IMG/VR virus record: IMGVR_UViG_3300021958_008605 | Coordinates: 13,220 to 77,219 of that record | Length of the DNA stretch: 64,000 nucleotides | Direction: 5' to 3' (one strand) | Source of the DNA: a virus | Lineage: Duplodnaviria; Caudoviricetes | In this document: piece after piece, positions 55,934-63,719 of the stretch | Layout: each line of letters begins with the position of its first letter | Position numbering within the stretch: the stretch's first letter is position 1 | Notes under the pieces: model-generated | What the model saw: only the letters and a program-made list of their open reading frames with translations | Told to the model about the DNA's origin: nothing | The model's database searches: none | Position numbers and translations under genes: made by a program

Positions 55934-56509
55934 CTATCTTTTAAACTTTTTTACAAGTGCAGAATTATCTCTATTTAGAATTCTATCTAAACCAGGTAAT
56001 CCTGTTTGAACTCCAAGACCTGTTTTACTTGGTCCTTTTTTTAAATCACCATAACCCATTTTTTGTGCCATCTGAGCTCTCATCATATCAGTACCACCTT
56101 GTGCACCTTGAGAGTTAAATGTCACTGTCTTATCCATACTTTCATTTACAGGTTGTTGAAAATTATCCAATACCGATTTAGTAGTTGGTGTACCTTTTCT
56201 TTGTTCTGCTGAAAATGGTTTTGTATTATTTAGTACCTCGTTTAACTTTTCATTTTTAGTGAATTGTCTTTTAGGTTGTGTTCTTTCTTCTTGTAAAGCA
56301 ATTTCTGCTTGTTCGAATGGGTCTACCACATCATCTTCTACTAATTGCGTAGAGGACGGCACAATACCCCCCTTCACCTCTTTTAATCTTTTATTAACTT
56401 CTTCCTCTAATATTTTAGGAAAAGTTTTTGTTAGAAACTTCTCGTGGTTTTTAGCCACTTCAGCTTCTACTATTGTTTTAATTACTTTGACTAGTTGTTT
56501 TGTTTCCAT
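55934..56509 (-). CDS. Hypothetical protein
   Basis: 191-aa ORF with an ATATTTATA motif and AAGGA upstream. Confidence 0.65.
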   Translation of the reverse strand: METKQLVKVIKTIVEAEVAKNHEKFLTKTFPKILEEEVNKRLKEVKGGIVPSSTQLVEDDVVDPFEQAEIALQEERTQPKRQFTKNEKLNEVLNNTKPFSAEQRKGTPTTKSVLDNFQQPVNESMDKTVTFNSQGAQGGTDMMRAQMAQKMGYGDLKKGPSKTGLGVQTGLPGLDRILNRDNSALVKKFKR

Positions 56510-56532
56510 AATCTTTTATTTTCCTTGTCTAA

Positions 56533-56541
56533 TATAAATAT
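56533..56541 (-). promoter_or_regulatory. ATATTTATA motif, putative late promoter for the baseplate operon
   Basis: Exact motif 24 nt upstream of ATG 56509. Confidence 0.6.
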
Positions 56542-56569
56542 ATCTTTATTCATTTTATGGTTTTTAAAA

Positions 56570-57136
56570 TTATTGTGGTATAGTAAATCCAGTAAATGTT
56601 CTTATACCAGGGGCAGGTGGTATGAGTGGAAATCCAGGATACATAGAAAGTGTTATATACATTCCTTGTATTGTTGTTATGTGTTGTTGCATTGCCTGAA
56701 TTAATCTATCTAAAAATACAGATGAATCATCGGTTGGAATAAGTAATCCTACTTTTGGGAATGTGCCTGGATTAGTAACAAAGGCTGAAAATGAAGTTAG
56801 ATTTTGTACGGCACCAGTTGCTGGTATAATTGGAGGTATTCCTGTTACTAATGTTGCTCCAGTCCAATATCCAACTACTCCCTTGCCTATATCGTCTATA
56901 AAATTATGTTTACCTTCTGTTTTTGTTAGTGAAGTTGCACATGCTAACTTAACCATCGATTCCATTAGTTTTTTATTATCTTTAGCTAAGGGAATATTAT
57001 TTATGGTTTGAAATCCACTACGAACTGCCATATCATATTCTGTTGTAAGTTTAGTTGCAAAATCATTATAAGAATCTATACTTCCTTGATTTTGCATATA
57101 ACTCAACATATTTTGTTTGAATATAGCAAATGACAT
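56570..57136 (-). CDS. Hypothetical protein next to the spike gene (possible spike-tip or hub accessory)
   Basis: Pro/Gly-rich turns; directly follows the spike-like gene. Confidence 0.5.
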   Translation of the reverse strand: MSFAIFKQNMLSYMQNQGSIDSYNDFATKLTTEYDMAVRSGFQTINNIPLAKDNKKLMESMVKLACATSLTKTEGKHNFIDDIGKGVVGYWTGATLVTGIPPIIPATGAVQNLTSFSAFVTNPGTFPKVGLLIPTDDSSVFLDRLIQAMQQHITTIQGMYITLSMYPGFPLIPPAPGIRTFTGFTIPQ

Positions 57137-57139
57137 TTT

Positions 57140-58411
57140 TTATTCTGTAAAATTATACTCGGAAAGGAATTCGGATAATCTTCCTTTGAGTTGATTAAAA
57201 TCTGCATTATTATTTGGTCCTACTTTAGTTGGACCAGCTGGTGTTGAAAATACTTGTTTATTAATTAAATCTATAAGTTCTTCTAATAATCCTTTTAAAG
57301 TTTCTCCTCGTGCTAATGGTTCTCTCTGTCCTGTTGATGGAGATTCTCCTTCTGAAGTAGTATTTAATCTTATTTCTCCACTACCAGTATTTACCCAAAC
57401 ATTTGAAGAATTTTTATCAGTAGTTATAGTAACATCATCTCCAAAATCTAAACTAGCTCCACCAATTAAATTATCTATTGTTAAATCTCCCTCTGATACA
57501 AATGAATAATTTCCTTTAGAAAAAAACAACAGTTCATCTGTTTTTGATGATATTATAACTCTACCACTATTAACAAGTATTTGGTCTCCATCTAATTTCT
57601 CTGGTTTGTTATAATAAATCGTTTCACCTAAATCAAGTGGTGATTCTTCATTACCAGGTATAAATGGTAATTCATATTTTTCACTTGATAATGAAATGAT
57701 AGAACCATCTTCAATAACATTTTCTTCAATTAAATCTCCACTTAACTTATCTTTGTTTACAGTATCATTCTGTCTGTTTCTTATTATTATAGTAGGTGAA
57801 AATTCTTTTTCTTCATTATTATAAGCACTAAAACGAATTGATTGGCCAAATCTTGATTGAATTACTCTATCACCCTCATATAACTTTAATTTATTTATAT
57901 TGGTATTAGTAAAGTACTCTCCAAATTTATATTCTACTTCTGAACCAGTACTTGATTGTGGTGTTCCTGTTTGAGATGTTGTTGAGTATCCAGCAGATTT
58001 ATTTGGTTTAAATTTTTCAGGATATAATGAACTTATACTTTGAGGAGATGCATCTCCATCGTTTATAAAACGAGATGACATTCTCTGATAATACTTAATA
58101 TTACCCTTTTTAACTAAATAAACTTCTTCACCAATAACTGGTATATCAACATCATTTGTTTCTGGCATGTATATTGGTAGTTTTTCAAGAGGAGTTATTT
58201 TATCATCTAGTGTTCTAATAACAACACCACCTACTCTAAATCCACCACCAACACCATCAGTAAATATATCTTTATTTATATCACTATATGTTGTTACTCT
58301 TGGATGTGATTCATCAAGAATAACATCTAAAACAACACCAGTAGGAATTGAAGTAGTTCTGATTGATTTATTTGTGGATGATGCACTTAATGATTTACTT
58401 AATCTACTCAT
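57140..58411 (-). CDS. Baseplate central spike/hub-like protein (gp5/gpV-like)
   Basis: N-terminal OB-like GVVLDVI...P..GE.V.L; beta-repeat segment DQILVNSGRVIISSK; C-terminal LARGETL..LLEELID...TPAGPT. Confidence 0.55.
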   Translation of the reverse strand: MSRLSKSLSASSTNKSIRTTSIPTGVVLDVILDESHPRVTTYSDINKDIFTDGVGGGFRVGGVVIRTLDDKITPLEKLPIYMPETNDVDIPVIGEEVYLVKKGNIKYYQRMSSRFINDGDASPQSISSLYPEKFKPNKSAGYSTTSQTGTPQSSTGSEVEYKFGEYFTNTNINKLKLYEGDRVIQSRFGQSIRFSAYNNEEKEFSPTIIIRNRQNDTVNKDKLSGDLIEENVIEDGSIISLSSEKYELPFIPGNEESPLDLGETIYYNKPEKLDGDQILVNSGRVIISSKTDELLFFSKGNYSFVSEGDLTIDNLIGGASLDFGDDVTITTDKNSSNVWVNTGSGEIRLNTTSEGESPSTGQREPLARGETLKGLLEELIDLINKQVFSTPAGPTKVGPNNNADFNQLKGRLSEFLSEYNFTE

Positions 58412-58814
58412 TACTTACCTTTTGTTTTAATTCTTCAACTTCGTTAGTTAAATCATCAACCTTCGTTTTTTCAGTTTCTACTTCGTAAACCGTATCTTCT
58501 AATTGTTGTAGTAATTGTTCTTTTTCTTTATCGGAAAGGAAACCAGTATCTCCTTCGGATTTATCTTTCGAGGCAATCATTCTTTGTGCAATTGCTGCCA
58601 TCTTGATTAGTGATTCATCGTTTCTTACTGAAGTATCAACTAAATCTTTTATGATTGGCCCAATCACTGCCATATCACCAGAATGTCTAATTACTTTTTT
58701 CATTTCAGCAATTAGTTCTGATATCCTTTGTTTCTTGTTTTGTTGGTTATCATAGATATCCTCAAACAACCCACTTAGGTTTTTGCCAGGAAATAATTCA
58801 AAATTCGTACTCAT
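58404..58814 (-). CDS. Hypothetical helical protein
   Basis: 136-aa ORF with an upstream ATATTTATA motif. Confidence 0.65.
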   Translation of the reverse strand: MSTNFELFPGKNLSGLFEDIYDNQQNKKQRISELIAEMKKVIRHSGDMAVIGPIIKDLVDTSVRNDESLIKMAAIAQRMIASKDKSEGDTGFLSDKEKEQLLQQLEDTVYEVETEKTKVDDLTNEVEELKQKVSNE

Positions 58815-58836
58815 GATTATACCATATTATGTTGTA

Positions 58837-58845
58837 TATAAATAT
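58837..58845 (-). promoter_or_regulatory. ATATTTATA motif, putative late promoter
   Basis: Exact motif 23 nt upstream of ATG 58814, just after a terminator. Confidence 0.6.
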
Positions 58846-58853
58846 GGTAAAAT

Positions 58854-58879
58854 AAAAAACCTCTCCGAAGAGAGGTTTT
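58854..58879 (-). terminator. Intrinsic terminator with a C(UUCG)G tetraloop
   Basis: Minus strand AAAACCTCTC-TTCG-GAGAGGTTTT then TTATT. Confidence 0.9.
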
Positions 58880-58915
58880 AAATTGTTAACGCGTTATGGA
58901 ATCAATTAGTAATTA

Positions 58916-59146
58916 TTACTTCTTGATTATATGGTAAAGTACGAAAGCACCAACTAGTCCTAATAGACCTTCAGCACTCAAACTTCCTAAAATGCCCATA
59001 ATGTTATCAACTACTGATACTTCTGGCCAGAATGGAATGTTTGCACCTTTGAATAATACTTCAAGTACAACTCCCAAGGCAACGATACTAATACCGATTT
59101 TTGTTAGTTCATCAGCCCAAGAGCCGATTTTTTTTAAAAAATCCAT
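58916..59146 (-). CDS. Small membrane protein (76 aa, two hydrophobic helices)
   Basis: IGISIVALGVVLEVLF and LLGLVGAFVLYHII; AAAGGAGA SD; terminators on both sides. Confidence 0.8.
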   Translation of the reverse strand: MDFLKKIGSWADELTKIGISIVALGVVLEVLFKGANIPFWPEVSVVDNIMGILGSLSAEGLLGLVGAFVLYHIIKK

Positions 59147-59293
59147 ATTGTTTCTCCTTTGTTTTAATTAAGAATAATAACTTTTTCATATTCCAAAACA
59201 ACGGACTTGTCCACAAATAACTATTGTATATATGAAATAAAAAGTTAAGTTTTGATTTTAACACCTAATGAGTAAACAATATTGGGTGTCAAT

Positions 59294-59319
59294 AAAAAAA
59301 CCCCACTAATTGTGGGGTT
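59294..59319 (-). terminator. Intrinsic terminator after 59349..59723
   Basis: Minus strand AACCCCAC-aatta-GTGGGGTT then TTTTT. Confidence 0.85.
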
Positions 59320-59348
59320 AAAACTTTACTAATCACTTTGAATTACGA

Positions 59349-59723
59349 TTAGGGCCTAATTGCCAGTTTATTTTCTAAGTCTCTAATACGAGCCTTCATT
59401 TGTTCGTACTCTATCTCTTTATAAGTATAACGAGGTTGTCCCTTTGGTTTAATCCAAACTAACTTTCCTTTGTTATAGAGAGCCTTAGTACCTACATCAT
59501 CACTCCAATAAGAATGGACTAATAGTTTGCCATCTTTTGTTCCGATGTATTTTCCTTTTTGGTGTATAGAACCATCTTCGTTGTAAGCTCTATACTGGTA
59601 AAGATTGTCATCTATCTGTGTAATAACTTTGGAAGTTTGTCCAAAGAGCGGAATGGTACACAGAGAAAATAATAGGATTGCTATTATTTGAACAATCTTT
59701 ACTTTGAATAATTGTTCATTCAT
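59349..59723 (-). CDS. Secreted/periplasmic protein with an SPI signal peptide and MORN-like beta hairpins
   Basis: Hydrophobic N-terminus ending PLFG|Q; YNEDGSIHQKGKY; C-terminal short coiled coil; AAGGAGG SD. Confidence 0.7.
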   Translation of the reverse strand: MNEQLFKVKIVQIIAILLFSLCTIPLFGQTSKVITQIDDNLYQYRAYNEDGSIHQKGKYIGTKDGKLLVHSYWSDDVGTKALYNKGKLVWIKPKGQPRYTYKEIEYEQMKARIRDLENKLAIRP

Positions 59724-59737
59724 AATTCCTCCTTTAG

Positions 59738-59746
59738 TATAAATAT
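59738..59746 (-). promoter_or_regulatory. ATATTTATA motif, putative late promoter
   Basis: Exact motif 15 nt upstream of ATG 59723. Confidence 0.6.
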
Positions 59747-59786
59747 ACCTATGTTAAGAAATTGTTATCAAAATATTATGGAAAGG

Positions 59787-61505
59787 TTAAAGGATTTTCT
59801 TTTTTACAACATAAGAACCAAGAATCAAAATATCCATTTCACAATTTAGAAATGTTCTGATTGCATCTTCTGGTGTTAAAACCATTGTTTGGTCTTTTAA
59901 GTTGAATGAGGTATTAATTACAATTGGAAATCCATTTATTTTATTCAATTGTTTTAATAAAGATTCTATATATCTATTTGGAAATCCATTTATAGTTTGA
60001 ACTCTAGCTGAACCGTCTACATGAGTTATAGAAGGTAGTTGTTTTCTAAATCTTTCTTTTACTTTTACAACTTGATTCATATAAGGAATTTCAGAATCAT
60101 AATCAAAATATGTTGTTAATGAATTTAATAAACATATTGGTGCAAACGGTCTAAACCCTTCTCTCTTTTTAATCATCATATTTAAACGAGATTTCATCTG
60201 AGGGTCTCTTGGGTTTGCTAATATTGAACGATTACCTAATGCTCTTGCACCAAATTCTATTCTACCTTGAAATAATCCCAATATATTATTTTCACTTATT
60301 TCATGTGCTATATATGGAATCATTTCATCTTGTGGTTTCCATTCATAGTAAACATCATTACCAAAATCATTTAAAGCTCTTAAAATATATTCTTTAGAAT
60401 AGTGAGGGCCTAAGAATGGATTAGTGTTATCTACTCTTGGTATTTTATTATTCACATAATGTTTAGATAAAGTAGCACCAATACAAGAACCTGCATCAGA
60501 TGGTGCTGGTGGAATCCAAACATTTTGAAATTTAGTTTTTTCTTTTATCTTTCCATTAGCAGTTCCATTGTATGCACAACCACCAGCTAAACATAAGTTC
60601 GGTGATTCTGTAATTTTGTATAATCTATCTAATAATTTAAAAAAGAATTTTTCATATTGAAATTGTACAGATGCTGCCAAATCTTTATAATCTTGAGTTA
60701 GAGGTTCATCTGGTAATCTATTTGGTATTCCCAATTGTTCACCTAAATTTTCATTAAACATATGAGTATCAGAATATTCATATGTAAAATATTTCATATT
60801 TAATTTATATTCATCTCTTTCAGATTCTTGAAGTATATCTTCAAACTTTGAATTAAATTTAGTTGGATTGCCATAGGGAGCTAATCCCATTACTTTATAT
60901 TCACCTTCGTTTGGTTTAAATCCAAGAAATGCTGTCATACTAGAATAAAACATTCCTAATGAATGAGGAAAGTTTATACTTTGAAGTTCTTTTATTTTAT
61001 TACCTTTACCAATTCCAAGTGCAGTTGTTTTCCATTCACCAACACCATCTACTGAAAGTATAGCTGATGATTCGAATGGTGATGTATAATATGAATATGC
61101 TAAATGAGAGGAATGGTGGTCTGTGAAGGATACTTTAGTTTGTTTACCCTTTATAGTTTCAATATCTTTTAGTAAAATATCATATCCTTCTTGGTTTCTT
61201 TCTATTATATTATTTTTCTTTGAAAAGAAATTGTACCACCTTTTTGGTTTTTTGTTAGTACTTTCTTTTATTCTATCTAACTTTAAAGTAGGATTTTCAT
61301 AGAAACATATTTCAGAAATATCATCTTTTGTAATTGAGTTACTTTCGAATATCCATTTAATCGTATTATATGGAAAAGATGAATCGTGTTTTATACCTGT
61401 GAATCTTTCTTCTTCACAAGCAGATACTACCTTACCATTTTTTAATAAACAAGCGGCACTATCATGGTAACCACAACTTATTCCTAAAACATATTTAATT
61501 TTCAT
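59787..61505 (-). CDS. Carbamoyltransferase (NodU/CmcH/TobZ family)
   Basis: HDSAA, EEERF, HHSSH, DGVGE, EYKVMGLAPYG, LAGGCAYN, SDAG, EFGARALGNRSILA, REGFRPFAP, HVDGSARVQT, NTSFN. Confidence 0.93.
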   Translation of the reverse strand: MKIKYVLGISCGYHDSAACLLKNGKVVSACEEERFTGIKHDSSFPYNTIKWIFESNSITKDDISEICFYENPTLKLDRIKESTNKKPKRWYNFFSKKNNIIERNQEGYDILLKDIETIKGKQTKVSFTDHHSSHLAYSYYTSPFESSAILSVDGVGEWKTTALGIGKGNKIKELQSINFPHSLGMFYSSMTAFLGFKPNEGEYKVMGLAPYGNPTKFNSKFEDILQESERDEYKLNMKYFTYEYSDTHMFNENLGEQLGIPNRLPDEPLTQDYKDLAASVQFQYEKFFFKLLDRLYKITESPNLCLAGGCAYNGTANGKIKEKTKFQNVWIPPAPSDAGSCIGATLSKHYVNNKIPRVDNTNPFLGPHYSKEYILRALNDFGNDVYYEWKPQDEMIPYIAHEISENNILGLFQGRIEFGARALGNRSILANPRDPQMKSRLNMMIKKREGFRPFAPICLLNSLTTYFDYDSEIPYMNQVVKVKERFRKQLPSITHVDGSARVQTINGFPNRYIESLLKQLNKINGFPIVINTSFNLKDQTMVLTPEDAIRTFLNCEMDILILGSYVVKKKIL

Positions 61506-61507
61506 AA

Positions 61508-62260
61508 CTATAAATAATCAGTATCTATAAATCTACTATCTCCCTCGTAAAACGAATTCGAATTACTTTTTTTAACTTCACCATGTTCTAAATAATCATT
61601 TAACATTTTTTTCTGATGTTGTTTCATTACATTTACAACTTTGGTAATGTAGTGAGTTTTACAATCAGTCATCTCTCTAATAAGAAGATATAAATGTTTC
61701 TTATTAAAGTTTTCTATATGTTCACTTCTTCTAAATAATTCTAATACTGCATCTGCTATTTGTAAATCTCGTTTTTTTGTAAATACAAAATTTAAGTTTT
61801 CATCCCAATACTCCAACATCATTCTTTTAAATTCCCTAAACTCATTATTCTCCTCAACTTGAAAATGGTCATTATGTGGATTCCAAGTTTCAGGCATTTG
61901 AGATAATAATGCATTTTGTTTCCATCTTTTGTAGTTACCATTGTTTTTTAGAATCAAATGGTTCTTTGCAATAATAGTAAAGTAAGAAAAAGCTCTACCT
62001 TTACCTTCTTGAAACATATGCATTTTTTCTACCATTGTAGAAACTACTTCCATTTGAACATCTATCTTTGGTACATCAAAATAAGTAAACTTAAATGTGT
62101 TCAAAACATTCTCTGCCAATTTTTCGAAAGGATATTTAATTCTTTCTTCATAAATTTTAGACCTCTCTACCGGGTCTTTACATTTGTTGTACTCTATGAT
62201 TGCTTCTTGAGCAGGTGTACCAAAATATATTTTGGATTTTTTTCTTCTTTTCTTTGGCAT
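61508..62260 (-). CDS. Phage sigma factor, T4 gp55-like region 2 plus a C-terminal helical (region 4-like) extension
   Basis: YFGTPAQEAIIEY / LAENVLNTFKF / FQEGKGRAFSYFTIIAKN align by eye with gp55 YVNNKELLQAIIDW / IAEGLSKRFNF / FDETKYKNPHAYITQACFN. Confidence 0.65.
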   Translation of the reverse strand: MPKKRRKKSKIYFGTPAQEAIIEYNKCKDPVERSKIYEERIKYPFEKLAENVLNTFKFTYFDVPKIDVQMEVVSTMVEKMHMFQEGKGRAFSYFTIIAKNHLILKNNGNYKRWKQNALLSQMPETWNPHNDHFQVEENNEFREFKRMMLEYWDENLNFVFTKKRDLQIADAVLELFRRSEHIENFNKKHLYLLIREMTDCKTHYITKVVNVMKQHQKKMLNDYLEHGEVKKSNSNSFYEGDSRFIDTDYL

Positions 62261-62261
62261 A

Positions 62262-62537
62262 TTAAAATTGGTTATTTAAATCTTGAACTATCTTTTTCAT
62301 TTCATCAAAAGTAACACCCACTTCATCATCTTTTTCGAAAACTTGTTTGTTATCTAATCTTCTCATGTTTTCAAGTGCATCTGATACTCTTGTTCGTATA
62401 GTCTGTACGGTTCCAACTAATCTATCTTCAAGTTGTTCGTTCTGTCTTAAAAGGTTTCTAATACCCACCAATAAGACAATGTTCAGTATTACTGAAACTC
62501 CTATAATGATATTATAGGTTGTAAATATTTCTAACAT
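62262..62537 (-). CDS. Membrane-anchored coiled-coil protein (i-spanin-like architecture)
   Basis: N-terminal transmembrane helix followed by heptads; adjacent to the lysozyme-like gene. Confidence 0.45.
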   Translation of the reverse strand: MLEIFTTYNIIIGVSVILNIVLLVGIRNLLRQNEQLEDRLVGTVQTIRTRVSDALENMRRLDNKQVFEKDDEVGVTFDEMKKIVQDLNNQF

Positions 62538-62538
62538 A

Positions 62539-63126
62539 TTATTCTAAGTTTAATTTGTATCCACTAAATTGTGTAAGGTAGGAAGTTAATTTTGTACCGT
62601 TACCATCTCTGAATTCTTTTCCTTTTTTTAAGAATCTTTTAACATTACCTGGTCCTGCTAAGTGTGCAGCTGCAAGAATACCACTTTCGGTAATCTCTCT
62701 ACCATGTATGGATTTACCTTCCCATTTATCAATATACTTCTGAAGTATTTTTTTATTATGTAAAAGTAAATCTAACATTGCTTTTTCTTGTAAGTAAGGT
62801 GAATTAAGAAATTGTTCTTTTGATACATCGTATCCTAATGATTTGAGAGTTCGTTTACCGAATTGGTATTTTCCCATATAACCCCAACCATTTACAATAT
62901 CGTATCTGTTTGAGGATTCTCTCATTCCTATTGCTTCAAGAAACATATCGTGTTGATTTATTTCTATCTTAATAGGTTCTATTTCTATTTCTACAAGTTC
63001 AACTGGTTTGGGTTCTAATACCTCTGCTACTGGTTGAACTTTTGGTAATATAATGTTGGCTGTAAATCCAACTAATCCCAATGTTACAAACATTGAAATT
63101 ACTACTGTTAATATTTGTTTTTTCAT
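62539..63126 (-). CDS. Lysozyme-fold peptidoglycan hydrolase with an N-terminal membrane anchor
   Basis: AIGMRESS (catalytic Glu), GYMGKYQF, QEKAM, ITESGILAAAHLAGPG; hydrophobic N-terminus. Confidence 0.78.
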   Translation of the reverse strand: MKKQILTVVISMFVTLGLVGFTANIILPKVQPVAEVLEPKPVELVEIEIEPIKIEINQHDMFLEAIGMRESSNRYDIVNGWGYMGKYQFGKRTLKSLGYDVSKEQFLNSPYLQEKAMLDLLLHNKKILQKYIDKWEGKSIHGREITESGILAAAHLAGPGNVKRFLKKGKEFRDGNGTKLTSYLTQFSGYKLNLE

Positions 63127-63153
63127 AGGGATTGCTCCTTTTGATTTACTATG

Positions 63154-63185
63154 TAAATATACGAAAAATTTTCGATATATCCAAA
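63154..63185 (-). promoter_or_regulatory. Bacteroidota-type promoter (-33 TTTG / -7 TATATTTA, 20-nt spacer) for the lysozyme-sigma-carbamoyltransferase operon
   Basis: Minus strand TTTGgatatatcgaaaatttttcgTATATTTA; near-twin of 39464..39495. Confidence 0.7.
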
Positions 63186-63201
63186 TTTTTAGGGAGTTTT
63201 T

Positions 63202-63480
63202 TTAACACTCACCTATCGGCCCATAGTATAAACCTTCTGTAACTTCATCTTCTTCATCTGGTATTCTTTCTAATACCTCATTTGTCATTTTAAGAAGTTT
63301 TTTATTTTCCTTTACTAAATCTTCCCATAACTCCATATTGAAATCTATTTTATTTAGTATTTCTTCTTTTGTAAAAACTTTCTTTTCTATAAGCAAATCC
63401 ATAATACTCTGAGTAGCTAAACTTTGAGTAAGTAATTTACTTTGTAATTTTTTTAGTATTGTCTTTGATGTTAAGCTCAT
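63202..63480 (-). CDS. Hypothetical protein
   Basis: 92-aa ORF with an acidic tail on the coding strand. Confidence 0.6.
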   Translation of the reverse strand: MSLTSKTILKKLQSKLLTQSLATQSIMDLLIEKKVFTKEEILNKIDFNMELWEDLVKENKKLLKMTNEVLERIPDEEDEVTEGLYYGPIGEC

Positions 63481-63706
63481 CTAATAAATCTTTTAATTCA
63501 TTTTTATCTTCATTTCCAAAAACCAAATCACCAAATGATTTATTGATTGATTTATTACCATAACCTAATGCAGATGCCAACCTAACACAAACAACTTTGT
63601 ATTCATTGATGTCCATATCATCTGGTACATCGAATTCAATTTTGTTAGCCTCTCTATTTGATTCTATAAAGTCTTTATCAGTATAGCTAAATATAAGTTT
63701 TCCCAT
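63437..63706 (-). CDS. Hypothetical protein
   Basis: Start likely MGKLIF at 63706, just after the def stop. Confidence 0.6.
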   Translation of the reverse strand: MGKLIFSYTDKDFIESNREANKIEFDVPDDMDINEYKVVCVRLASALGYGNKSINKSFGDLVFGNEDKNELKDLLDELNIKDNTKKITK

Positions 63707-63719
63707 GTTTTCGTTTCTT

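Noticed and set aside
58916-59146. Inovirus major coat protein or holin call for the 76-aa membrane protein
   Set aside because: No filamentous phage genes nearby and it is not adjacent to the lysozyme. Hydrophobicity alone cannot support either call.
59260-59290. Imperfect hairpin acacctaat...attgggtgt next to the 59294 terminator
   Set aside because: It is short and AT-rich, with a mismatch on the transcribed strand; no basis to call an ncRNA or riboswitch.
6198-59746. Reading the plus-strand TATAAATA as standard T4 late promoters
   Set aside because: In that orientation they would fire away from the adjacent start codons and into the 3' ends of upstream genes. The fixed 13-32 nt distance to minus-strand ATGs favours the minus-strand reading. 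TSS mapping is still needed.
491-62314. About 40 short plus-strand ORFs (60-134 aa) and a few short alternative-frame minus ORFs in the ORF track
   Set aside because: They lie entirely within long, motif-bearing minus-strand genes, have F/L/I/S-rich shadow-frame composition, and show no motifs or expression signals. Only the hand-found RHH ORF (35190..35354) is credible on the plus strand.
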